Assembly: GCA_030390025.1 (NCBI GenBank)
Contig: CM059432.1
Location: forward strand, 146,446,001-146,510,000
Reading direction: 5' to 3'
DNA length: 64,000 bases
Source of the DNA: Squalus acanthias
Lineage: Eukaryota
The notes under the pieces are model-generated. The model worked only from the letters and a program-made list of their open reading frames with translations. It made no database searches and had not been told where the DNA came from. Shown here piece by piece: positions 11,940-23,283 of this stretch (its first letter is position 1; every line of letters starts with the position of its first letter). The position numbers were made by a program, and so were the translations under genes.

Positions 11940-13450
11940 GAAGAGTATGAGTTTTCTGATGGCTCCCTGGAGGTTCTGGTGCAGGAGGTCAGGGCAAGGA
12001 GGGAGGTAATGTTCCCCAGCACCTGCAGGAGCATCCCCAGGACCAACATCGAGCAGACCTGGACAGATGTGGCTGACAGGGTCAGTGCCACCAGCATCAC
12101 TGCCAGGACCTGGGTTCAGTGCAGGAAGAGGTTCAATAACCTCACAAGAGCAGCAAGGGTGAGTACAGCTCTTCATCGCTCCACCTCTCTCAACAACACC
12201 TGACAACACTCCTTCCACCCTCCCCTGACCACTCGTGACAATTCTCCCATCACATCCTTCAGCATACAATCAGAAGAGCACACTCTCTCATTCCAAAAAC
12301 ACTCACCTCTTCACCCGCACAATAACACCATTCCTTCTCACATCTTTGCACTTGCACAACCACCAACCCTTCCCACCACTCCTTCCTCACTTCAAGTTCC
12401 ACACACTAGGTTTTGCATTCATCACCTCCCCATCCTCATTCGGTCTTGCTTCTTCTCCAACTCTCAGCACATGCACTACATGCACAAGCCATACATGTCT
12501 CCACTTATGTTTTCAGCAGCCACTCATTAACTTTCCCCCCTCTCTTTCTGCAGGACAAATAGCACACAATGCCAGGCACGGGACCAAGACCAGGGGAGGA
12601 GTACCTAACATCGTAGCCCTCATCCTCGCGGAGCACGAAGCTCTGGAGATGGGTATCAGTGCAGGCGACACTGGAGACTTTTCAAACTGGGTGTCTGCAT
12701 ATTGCTTGTAAACTCACCTCAGCAAATACTCAGCAAACTTCAAGCTGCATTCTCAACAGTCACCTGCTCATGTCCAGCCTCTTAGCGCCATCCTGCCTTT
12801 TCTCCCTTTGCTCTTTCCTCGAGATCTTCTCAGTACCTAGACCCTGCCGAAGAAGGCACCTCGGAGATGGACAATCCTCCTGAGGGTGCACCGTCACGCA
12901 CTCCATCCCTCCCAAGCACCAGCGTAGACATTAGCACTCCACGTGGGTTAGATAGTGAGGCAGAGGGGCCTGGAAGTGATGAAATACCCAGCATGAGTGA
13001 GCAACAGCAGGGACAGCCCAGGAGACTGCTCGCCGGAGGATGAGGTCTTCTCCCAGCTCTGCTGAGGAGGTCGGAGATGAGGAGTTCAGGGCCCCAGCCA
13101 TGAATAGAAAATTGCTGGCCTCACACAACCATTATACCAGATATTGAAAGGCCTGCCAAAGAGTTTCAGTACTATGGCTGAAAGTATGGAAGGGACGGTT
13201 TTCAGCCTGTGTGGTCTGTGGTCTACCTTGGAAAGTGTGGCCACCTACAGGGATGCTGCAGCTGATCTCTCACTAGAGGAGTCGGTGTCACCAGCCTTTC
13301 CAGCTTTGGTGGAAGCTCAAACGGCTGGGCTGTGGGCTCCTTCTTGGAGATACAGGTGTGCATTTTGAATAGCTTGGTGGACCGAATAGATAGGGACTTT
13401 TAAGGAGTTACTTATCTTCTGCAATCTGCACTCCCACAGATCAGTGAAAG
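11940..13450 (+). pseudogene. Harbinger Myb/SANT DNA-binding (NAIF1/MSANTD-like) gene relic with intron
   Basis: FSDGSLEVLVQEVRARREVMFP..WTDVADRVSA..RTWVQCRKRFNNL; GT donor at 12159, AG acceptor at 12553, then AHNARHGTKTRGG with a frameshift. Confidence 0.8.
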
Positions 13451-13459
13451 TGATGAAAA

Positions 13460-13892
13460 AGAAAGAAAGAGTTACATTTATATAGCGCCTTTCATGACCT
13501 CAGGACGTCCCAAAGCGCTTTATAGCCGATGAAGTACTTTTTGAAGTGCAGTAAACGTGGCAGCCCATTTGCGCACAGCAAGCTCCCACAAACAGCAATG
13601 TGACAATGACCAGATAATCTGGTTTTGTGATGTTGATTGAGGGATAAATATTGGCCAGGACACCGGGGATGACTTCCCTACTCTTCTTAGAAATAGTTCC
13701 ATGGGATCTTTTAAGTCCACCTGAGAGAGCAGACAGTTTAACATCTCATCCGAAAGACGGCACCTCCAACAGTGCAGCACTCCCCTGGAGTATCAGCCTA
13801 GATTTTTGTGCTCAATTCTCTGGAGTGGGACTTGAACCCACAGCCTTCTGACTCAGAGGCGAGAGTGCTACCCACTGAGCCACAGCTGACAC
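13460..13892 (-). mobile_element. Full-length tRNA-derived DeuSINE
   Basis: A/B boxes at 13825-13885 on the minus strand, Deu domain, tail. Confidence 0.9.
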
Positions 13893-14093
13893 TGTGCCCC
13901 ACAGGAGTGGCAGTGGTGAGATGGGAGCAGTACATGTTGCCCTCTCTAAGGATGTCAGCATGTCTGCTCCGTTGCCACCTCCTCTACCAATAGCCGCCAT
14001 GGTGCAAGTCAACTGGGCCAGTCTGCGTTAGCAGGGGCTGAGATGCAGTAGTCTACAGCCAGGCCCGCACAGGATCAAGCACCTCATAGGCGT

Positions 14094-14472
14094 ACCGTGG
14101 CTGCAGTGTGTACCATCTACAAGATGCACTGCAGCAACTTGCCAAGGCTTCTTCGGCAGCACCTCCCAAACCCGCGACCTCTTCCACCTAGAAGGACAAG
14201 GGCAGCAGGCACATGAGAACACCACCACCTCCAAGTTTCCCTCCAAGTCACACACCATCCTGACTTAGAAATATATTGCCGATCCTTCATCGTCACTTGG
14301 TCAAAATCCTGGAACTCCCTCCCTAACAGCACTGTGGGAGTACCTTCACCACACGGACTGCAGTGATTCAAGAAGGCGGCTCACCACCACCTTCTCGGGG
14401 GCAATTAGGGATGGGCAATAAATGCTGGCCTTGCCAGAGCCACCCACATCCCATGAACGAATAAAAAAAAAA
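14094..14472 (+). mobile_element. Family B LINE 3' end with poly(A)
   Basis: Matches the reverse complement of 590-940; ends GAATAAAAAAAAAA. Confidence 0.85.
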
Positions 14473-15149
14473 GGAATAGTAGAGTTAGGACACCTTGCTA
14501 TAAGAAAGGCACCATGGGTTGACACTTGGGTGAGAAATGAATGGAATGCAATCATTCTGTTGGGAATTAAACTCATCACCTTTATCACATTTGGCTCCTT
14601 GGTCTGCTGTGTGATTTTATAGCAGATTCTGAATCTGTATTGTCGGTGTGACATTGATATAGAAGTTGGCTGAATAGTTTCAATGGGACCTCAATTCCTT
14701 AATGCCCCAAACCAGGTGTGATTCTAGTGCTCAGGGAGCGCAGGTGCACCGGAACGGAGAGGCCTAAGGACTGAAGTAAATTCATCCTCGGGCCTCATCA
14801 GAATAAATGAGGCACCAATGCGGCGTTCCGACGCAGCTCACCTGTCGAGGCCTTACGTATTTTTGGCCCACGCTTTGGCCCGTGTAAGATTTTTGTGCAG
14901 TGATGTCAGATTTTTGATTCCTCTTATAATATCAGTTATTTTTCTCAGTGACCCCTTGTTAAGCATCCCTGATATAAGGAGAACACTTGCCATCTATCTG
15001 AGGGCTAGTGGGTGGGTGTCATGTCTATTTGTTGAGTCTTTTGGCTGACCCAGTAGATGCATCTGTTGAAAAGGAAGAATTGTGGGGACAGCATGGAGTT
15101 CCCCCGACATGTTCAGGATCCAAATATTCAGATCCAGGCACATGGATTT

Positions 15150-15535
15150 AATCCTGCCCTTGCCATCTGCATTTCAAGAGGGAGGTTGTCAATGAGTTAT
15201 GCCATTTATTTGAGCTCGTCCTGGAGACAAGATCTGTCTCGGGAACATCCCAGCCCTATTTCAAGGAGCAGGGAGCAGGATGATGGTCTGCTAGAGGACC
15301 GAGACTACCCCCTGGAGTACTGACTACTGACACCAGTGAGGAACCCCCCGAACAGAAAGGAAGTATAATGAGGCTCAGGCCTCCATCTGAATTCTGGTGG
15401 AACATACCATTGGCATATTAAAACAGATTCCACTGTCTGGCTAGCTCAAGGTGGGGACTACTGCTCTGTAGCCCTGACAGGGTGTCTAATATTATCAATA
15501 AATGCTGCATCCTGCATCATTTTGCAATCTAGAGA
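15150..15535 (+). pseudogene. Harbinger DDE transposase relic, internally deleted
   Basis: LHFKREVVNELCHL, then LLEDRDYPLEY*LLTPVRNP..KYNEAQ..VEHTIGILK..FHCL..SPDRVSNIINKCCILHHFAI. Confidence 0.8.
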
Positions 15536-16551
15536 GGGGACACACTTCAGCAAGAGGACCAGGGGGAGTTAGCATGCAGCCTTGGTAGAAGAGGTGGAAG
15601 AAGCCAAAATAGGCTGAGGCTGATGTGTGATCAGGAAGACTGATGGGTCAATGAATAATTGACAGGATCTTCACCTAAAGTCTGTACTTGTGCCCTTACA
15701 TGAACTGCCGATGGTCCTCTATATAATAAACTGGCCCCATGAACAACATGCTCTGCCTAATTAGCACTGTCTCTGATACCATCCTTGCCTGTTTCCCACC
15801 ACTTGTAACATTGATATGCCCCTCCTAATAGTAAATCTACGCAATACATTCCAAATAAGATGGAACCAGCTTATCTCCACATTTAAGTGTGTCTGTGCTT
15901 CAATATTTATTTTGCTGCTTCAATATTTATTTTGCGGCTCCATGCCCTTGGTGACAGTGCACAGTGTGTATTATTCAGTATTTAATCCTGTGCTCTCTCT
16001 AACCTCAGAGGGATGAATGACTGTGGGGACAGGCTGGTGCTCCTCAGTTGAAGCCTCTTGAAATTGCGGTGGTGTTGTACCTTGTTGTACTGGGTCGTGC
16101 GATGGCCGTGCAACTACTGCCAGCATTCCAGCTCCTGCCTTGACTGGCTGGCAGCTCCTGCACACTACCTGTTTCTTCAAACATCCGAGGGGGGGGGGAA
16201 AGCTGGGTTTGTCAGATGGGTCTGTGCCCCGAGAGCTAACTGCCTCATTGGTGCATCTTTCTGCCATGCTCCAGATGGTGGGTAACACTTGAGACCAAAC
16301 CCCTGGCCATGACGAAGAAGTCTGAAACCTGCCTTTCTCTCTAAAATCCCCAAACCAGAGGTAAGTGCCTCTTGTCAATTGAAGCCTCAGGTCTCAATAG
16401 TTACAACACTGGCCAGCGAAACATTGGCCTCTGACCTCCAGGCTCTGCTACAGATAGCTGTGGAGTTGCCATCTTGGAATGCAGGTTTCCACAAGCCTCC
16501 GACAGGCCTGCACACTTGACAGAGCTGAATTTCTGCACATAATCCATCAAG

Positions 16552-16773
16552 TGTCAGCTGTGGCTCAGTTGGTAGCACTCTCGCCTTGAGTCAGAGGGTT
16601 GTGGGTTTAAGTCTCACTCCAGAGACTTCAGCACAAGACTCTAGGCTGACGCTCCAGTGCTGTCTTTCCTACATTACAACAATGACTACACTTCAAAAGT
16701 ATTTAATTGACTGTAAAGCGCTTTGGGGTGTCCTGAGGTTCTGAAAGTGCGATAGAAATGCAAGTCTTTTTTT
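16552..16773 (+). mobile_element. Internally deleted DeuSINE (tRNA head joined to tail)
   Basis: A/B boxes followed directly by the L2-like tail; Deu domain absent. Confidence 0.8.
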
Positions 16774-17249
16774 TATACCATGCAGGAAGCTTTAAAGATT
16801 CTCAAAGGATTGCATGAAATGCTTCTACTGATAAATTGTGCTTTATATGCATCTCCAACATTGTATGAATCTGTGGCCCTAACCCACTTTTTCTTTTGAT
16901 GCTGCTCTCTTCCTGCTACCTCCAGTTTCTTGTCCTCACTTGTACTGGTGCATCACCAGGTGCTACCTCCTGACCCTCTCCATCAGGTTCCCTGAGGTAG
17001 ATGTATCTGAGTTGGTGCAAAGTCAGGAATGCTCATTGGGTGCTCATGAGAGGTGCCAGACTCTGTTGTCAGGGAACATGATCTTGGGAGGCTGTTACAC
17101 AAAGAGAAAAAAAAATGTGTTATGCAGGAAATGGAAAGGGCAGTACAGTGCCGTGAGATTGTTGGGCCGATGCGGAACAATGTTACTGAGTGAGTGAGCT
17201 TGAAGGACAAAAGGGCAAGGAGAAGTTGAAGGGAACACCTACTTTGTTG

Positions 17250-17945
17250 AATAAAAACAGAAAATGCTGGAAATACTCAGCAGGTCAGGCAGCATCTTTG
17301 GAGAGAGAAACAGAGTTAACGTTTCAGGTCGATGACCCTTCGTCAGAACTGGAAAAAGCTGGAGATGGAACAGGTTTTTAAGCAAGTGTAGGGACAGGGA
17401 AAGGGGGGAGGGGAGGAAAGAACAAAAGGGAAGGTCTGTGATAGAATGGAAGGCAGGAGAGATTAAAGACATTAAGAGAGATTAAGAGATGGTGCAAGGC
17501 AAAAGGAGATGGTAATGGGATAAGTTAAGAAACAAAAGATGACTCTAGATGAAGTGTAAATGGCACTGGCAGAATGAAAGACAGCTGCCAAGTGAGAGAG
17601 AGAAAAAAATATATAATAAAATAAATGGAAAAAAAAAGGATAGGGATAGAGGTTATAGTCTGAAATTGTTGAACTCGATGTTGAGTCCAGAAGGCTGTAA
17701 AGTGCCTAATCGAAAGATGAGGTGCTGTTCGTCGAGCTTACGCTGAGCTTCCGTGGAACAATGCAAGAGGCCGAGGACAGTGAGGTCTGAGTGGGAGTGG
17801 AGCGGAGAATTAAAGTGACAGGCGACCGGAAGCTCGGGGTCCCCCTTACAGACTGAACGGAGGTGTTCGGCAAAGCGGTCACCCAATCTGCGTTTGGCCT
17901 CCCCAATGTAGAGGAGACCGCATCGTGAGCAGCGAATACAGTATT
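17250..17945 (-). mobile_element. Penelope-like element 3' end: GIY-YIG endonuclease and pseudo-LTR
   Basis: YCIRCSRCGLLYIGEAKRRLGDRFAEH...EQHLIFRLGTLQPSGLN (ORF 17653-18051). Confidence 0.9.
17314..17350 (-). ncRNA. Minimal type I hammerhead ribozyme motif
   Basis: AGUU-CUGACGA-stem II (GGUC/GACC)-GAAAC-GUU-AACU. Confidence 0.75.
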
Positions 17946-18005
17946 TTGTGGAGATGGTATAAAACCACCATGCTGTCTCTTGCTGAGCAAGGCCTTCGTT
18001 CCTAC

Positions 18006-18245
18006 AATAAAAACAGAAAATGCTGGAGATACTCAGCAGGTCAGGTAGCATCTGTGAAGAGAGAAACAGAGCTAACGTTTCAGGTCGATGACCTTTCGTC
18101 AGAACTCAGTTCTGACGAAAGGTCATCGACCTGAAACGTTAACTCTGCTTCTCTCTTCACAGATGCTGCCTGACCTGCTGAGTGTCTCCAGCATTTTCTG
18201 TTTTTATTTCAGATTTCCAGCATCTGCAGTATTTTCTTTTTGTAT
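18006..18245. mobile_element. Self-inverted Penelope pseudo-LTR insertion with a hammerhead on each strand
   Basis: ~100-bp inverted arms around a 1-nt spacer at 18107; flanking CTTCGTTCCTACA/CTTCATTCCTACA duplication. Confidence 0.8.
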
Positions 18246-18824
18246 TGGTGCTTCATTCCTACAGTTTGTATTGCTGCCTCTTCGTGATACGTGAGACAGC
18301 GCTGGCTGGCAATGCTTGCACCAGTTCAGGTTCTCTCTGGGTGGTTGTGATCTTTCTCCTTCTAAAATAGACACTTTCAGCTTGAGGTGCAGTCTCAGTG
18401 ACCAGACCGCGTTCTTACTTGTGCAAAACGACGACTGTGCAGCCTATAAGTAGTTTCAGATACCATTTGGACTTGATGGAAAAACAAGAATGGGGCTTTT
18501 TTCGATGTTAAATTATTTATTTGGATTATTTCTCATCAGTCTTGGCATATGAGGGGTTAAAACCCAGGTTCACTGATAATTACTGGTCCTGTTTACACAC
18601 AACAGCTCTGACGCTGGACAGTGCTGTCTGTACGGCCGTCGATGGGAAACGCATTATGTAATTCTGTAGTTGATAAGCATTTTGTTCGAGAATGCTGCTG
18701 CAAACAGGTGACAATTGGATTGTTACCGCAGCAAATTATGCAAGGGCTACATACGTAGAATTACATAGAACTTACAGCTCAGTAGTGTCCCGTTGTTTCT
18801 TTCTTGAAACATAGAAACATCGAA

Positions 18825-19225
18825 GATAGGAGCAGGAGTAGGCCATTCGGCCCCTCGAGCCTGCTCCACCATTTAATGAGATCATGGCTGATCATCCAAA
18901 CTCAGTACCTTGTCCCTGCTTTCTCCCCATATCCCTTGATCCCTTCAGCCTTAAGAAATATATCTAACTCCTTCTTGAATATATTTAATGAATTGACCTC
19001 AACTGCCTTCTGTGGTAGAGAATTCCACATGTTCACCACTCTCTGGGTGAAGAAATTCCTCCTCATCTCAGTCCTAAATGGCTTACCCCTTATCCTTAGA
19101 CTGTGACCCCTGGTTCTGGACTCCCCGACCATCGGGAACATCCTTCCTGCATCTAGTCTGTCTAGTCCTGTTAGAATTTTCTAAGTTTCCATGAGATCCC
19201 CTCTCATTCTCCTAAACTCTAGCGA
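18825..19225 (-). mobile_element. CR1 3' fragment
   Basis: RTRGHSLRI..RRNFFTQRVVNMWNSLP plus 3' UTR. Confidence 0.9.
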
Positions 19226-19254
19226 AGCATTGTTTGAATGGTTATGAGAGCTGT

Positions 19255-19796
19255 GGCCTAGAAATTGGGCCACAATCATTTTTGGGCGTGTGGGGGAGTG
19301 GGGCGGGCGGGTGCAATGAGCCCCAAAATTTTCCAGGTATTGGGCCTCGGGCCCCATTTCACTATTGCCGATGAAGCGCGAAGAGCCCGCCGGTGAAGAG
19401 GCATTTAAGTTTGGGCCACTGCAAGCTGATCAGGGGTCTGGAGAGGAGCCTGTGTGTCTGGAATCGGGGGTTGGGAGAGTAAGCCAAGGTGGGGGGGAAG
19501 GGGTGAGGGCAATCAGGGGGGTCGGGGTTGGAAGGGGGTGAAACGTGGGGTTGGGAGGAGCAGGAGTGCTTGCATTCAGGTAAGTTATTTACCTTTTTTT
19601 GCAGGCGATCCCTACGGCTGGTTTCCCCGAGTGCCTCAGGGCAAGCCAATCTTGGAGAGGCGACCTCATACTGGCATTAGGCCTCTTATTTGCCTGTGCA
19701 CAGGGTCTAACGCAGGCTTTGTGGCCGCCATATTGGGGTCTTAGTAGTCCAAGTAGCGCCGGAAAAATGGGTGCTGTGCGGACCAATTTCTAGGCC
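19255..19796. mobile_element. Harbinger-type MITE
   Basis: Perfect 14-bp TIR GGCCTAGAAATTGG; no clear TSD. Confidence 0.75.
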
Positions 19797-19834
19797 AGGG
19801 TGTGATAACAAAATGAAAAAAATTGCCGGTCCGG

Positions 19835-20355
19835 GGTTGATTTATGAAGGGGTTGTCTTATGAAGAAAGGTTGAGCGGTTTGGACCTATACTCATTGGAG
19901 TTTAGAAGAATGAGAGGTGATCTTATTGAAACATATAAGATACTGAGGGGGTTCGACAGGGTAGATGCAGAGAAGATGTTTCCCCTCATGGGGGAATCTA
20001 GAACTAGGGGGCATAGTTTCAGAATAAGGCTCAAAGGGCCGAATGGCCTACTCCTGCTCCTATTTTTCTAGGGGTCGCCCATTTAAAACTGAGATGAGGA
20101 GGAATTTCTTCTCTCAGAGGGTCGTACATCTGTGGAATTCTCTGCCCCAGAGAGCTGTGGAGGCTGGGCCATTGAATATATTTAAGGTGGAGATAGACAG
20201 ATTTTTGAACGATAAGGGAGTGAAGGGTTATGGGGAGCGGGCAGGGAAATGGAGCTGAGCCCAAGATCAGATCAGCTATGATCTCATTGAATGGCGGAGC
20301 AGGCTCGAGGGGCCAAATGGCCGACTACTGCTCCCATTTCTTATGTTCTTATGTT
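19835..20355 (+). mobile_element. CR1 3' fragment
   Basis: LSYEERL..LEFRRMRGDLIETYKI; TTATGTTC tail repeats. Confidence 0.9.
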
Positions 20356-20599
20356 CTAATTCGAAACAATAAGCAGCAAATGCTGGAAAAATTCTCTAGG
20401 TCAGTCAGCATCTATACAGATAAGTAACATTTTGGGGTACACCTTCGTCAGAACACAATGTGACCTTGACTTTCCCGTGGTGTTTTCCCAACGTAACGTC
20501 AGCACAAGATTGGTGGAAGTCCTGTAGAAATGCCATAAATCGAGCAGAATAAAACTGGACAGACCACTCGGCTTTGACCCAGGCATCGAATTTGGACAT

Positions 20600-21380
20600 G
20601 AGAAAGGCACACAACTGACTGGCCCAGTCGACCCTGCAAAGTCCTCCTCACTAACATCTGGGGCTGGTATCAAAGTTGAGAGAGCTGTCCCACAGACTAG
20701 TCAAGCAACAACCTGACATAGTCATACTGACATACTTATCAGCCAATGTCCCAGATTCCTCCATCATCATCTCTGGGTATGTCCTCTCCCACTGGCAGGA
20801 CAGACCCACCAGAAGAGGCGGCACAGTGGTATAGTGTTAGGTGGGAGTGGCCCTGGGAGTCCTCAAAATTGACTCTGAACCCCATGAAGTCTCATGGCTT
20901 CAGGTCAAACATGGGCAAGGAAACCTCATGCTGACTACCACCTATCACTCTCCCTCAGATGAGGAATCAGTACTCCTCCATGTTGAACACCACTTGGGGA
21001 AGCACTGAGGGTAGCAATGGCATAGTATGTACTCTGGGTGGGGGACTTCAATGTCCAATCACCAAGAATGGATCGGTAGTACCACTATTGACCTAGCTGG
21101 CTGAGTCCTGAAGGACATAGCTGCCAGACAGGAGGTAAGAGAACCAACACGAGGGAATAACCTACTTGACCTCGTCCTCACCAATTTACCTGTCACAGAG
21201 GCATCTGTCCATAACATTATTGGTCGGAGTGACCACCGTACAGTCCTTGTGGAGACCAAGTCCCATCTTCACACTGAGGACACCCTCCATTATGTTGTGT
21301 GGCACTACCACTGTGCTAACTGGGATAGGTTAAGAACGGATCTAGCATCTTAAAACTGGGCATCCGTGATGCGCTCTTCA
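20600..21380 (+). mobile_element. LINE APE-endonuclease fragment (probably family B)
   Basis: LTNIWG..ELSHRLVKQQPDIVILT, GDFNV and SDH motifs with frameshifts. Confidence 0.7.
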
Positions 21381-21519
21381 CATTGTAAAACTTGTGTGAC
21401 ACTTCATACCACTCATATGACCCAAATAAACACTGAATAACTGTTTTGAAAAACAAATCCATTACTGTGGCTCGCTGGGAATTAGAACAATCAATAAGAG
21501 TGCATTCAAACCGATAACT

Positions 21520-22550
21520 TTTTTTTATTCGTTCACGGGATGTGGGTGTCGCTGGCAAGGCCAGTATTTATTGCCCATCCCTAAATAGCCTTGAGAAGGT
21601 GGTGAAGAGCCGTCTTCTTGAACCGCTGCAGTCCGTGTGGTGAAGGTACTCCCACAGTGCTGTTAGGGAGGGAGTTCCAGGATTTTGACCCAGCAACGAT
21701 GAAGGATCGGCGATATATTTCCAAGTCTGGATGGTGTGTGACTTGGAGGAGAACTTGGAGGTGGTGGTGTTCCCATAATCCTGCTGCCCTTGTCCCTTTA
21801 GGTGGAAGAGGCCGCGGGTTTGGGAGGTGCTGCTGAAGAAGCCTTGGCGAGTTGTTGCAGTGCATCTTGTAGATGGTACACACTGCAGCCATGGTGCACC
21901 AATGGTGGAGGGAGTGAATATTTAAGGTGGTGGATGGGGTGCCAATCAAGCGGGATGCTTTGTCCTGGATGGTGTCGAGCTTCTTGAGTGTTGTTGGAGC
22001 TGCGTTCATCCAGGCAAGTGGAGAGTATTCCATAACACTCCTTACTTGTGCCCTATAGATAGTAGAAAGGCTTTGGGGAGTCAGGAGGTGAGACACTCGC
22101 CGCAGAATACCTAGCCTCTGACCTGCTCTTGTATCTATAGTATTTATGTGGCTGGTCCAGTTTAGTTTCTGATCACTGGTGACCCCCAGGATGTTGATGG
22201 TGGGGGATTCAGCGATGGTAATGCCATTGAATGTCAAGAGGCGGTGGTTAGACTCTCTCTTGTTGGAGATAGTCATTGCCTGGCACTTGTGTGACGTGAA
22301 TGTTACTTGCCACATATCAGCCCAAGGTCTTGCTGCATGCGGGCATGGGCTGCTTCATTATCTGACGAGTTGTGAATGAAACTGAACACTGTGCAATCAT
22401 CAGCGAACATCCCCACTTCTGACCTTATGATGAAGGGAAGGTCATTAATGAAGCAGCTGAAGATGGTTGGGCCGAGGACACTGCTCTGAGGAACTCCTGC
22501 AGTGATGTCCTGGGGCTGTGATGATTGACCTTCAATCACCACAACCATCT
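21520..22550 (-). mobile_element. Family B LINE, RT to poly(A)
   Basis: GVPQSSVLGPTIF..MFADD; 244-aa C-terminal ORF 21581-22315. Confidence 0.9.
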
Positions 22551-22552
22551 TC

Positions 22553-23283
22553 CTTTATACTCTCCATTGTACATGCCATTATAGTCTCCATTGTACTCAC
22601 CACTGTACTCTCCTGAAGCACTCACCTGTTCTATTCTCCTGTTGTACTCGCCTATTGTACCCACCTTTGTGCTCTTCACTGAACACGCCATTATACTCTC
22701 CATAAAACTCTTTGTTGAATTCTCCATTGTATTCGCCGTTGTACTCTCATTTGTACTTTCCGTTGTACTCTCCTGTTCTGGTTTCCATTGTACTCTCCAT
22801 GGTACTCATCATTGTGCGCTCCATTGGAATCTCCGTGTTACTTCCTGTTTTACTCTCGGTTTTACTCTCCTTTCTGCTCGTCATTATATTCTCCGTTGTA
22901 CTCACCTCTTGTACTCTCTGTTGTACTTGGCTGTAATATTCTCCGTTGTCCTCTGACGTAAGAAAACTACTAGGCACTTGGTCTAAGCGTTAAACAAAGC
23001 TTTAATCAACTGTTTTACAACATGGAGGTCTAGTTGTGTCCTTCACTAGTTCCTGTTAAGAATGTCCTGCGCAAGCTGGGCCCGTGCCCGAGTATTTATA
23101 CTCTCCCTGGACAGCGCCACCAGCAGGCCGCCCAGTATTACTTCATAAGTCATTTCCACATGAATGACAAGATTATTGTCATCCTCACCCTGTTGTACTC
23201 TCAGTTGTACTCTCAGTTGTAATCTCTTTTGTACTCACCTGAAGTACACTCCTTTTTACTCTTCATTGTATGCTCCATTGTAC
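22553..23283. repeat. Degenerate ~12-bp tandem repeat (CTCCATTGTACT-like)
   Basis: Recurrent TTGTACTC/CTCCATTG; translations give YSPL/GEYN periodicity. Confidence 0.75.
22954..23181 (-). mobile_element. Solo LTR, 228 bp
   Basis: TGAC...GTCA termini, 5-bp TSD TCCTC; near-identical to 7199-7416. Confidence 0.85.

Noticed and set aside
11940..12650. Domesticated NAIF1/MSANTD host gene
   Set aside because: Frameshift at the start of exon 2, SINE and MITE insertions at the 5' end, and related relics elsewhere in the window
20600..22550. Twin-priming inversion of one LINE
   Set aside because: The endonuclease fragment faces the poly(A) end of the minus copy rather than its 5' end
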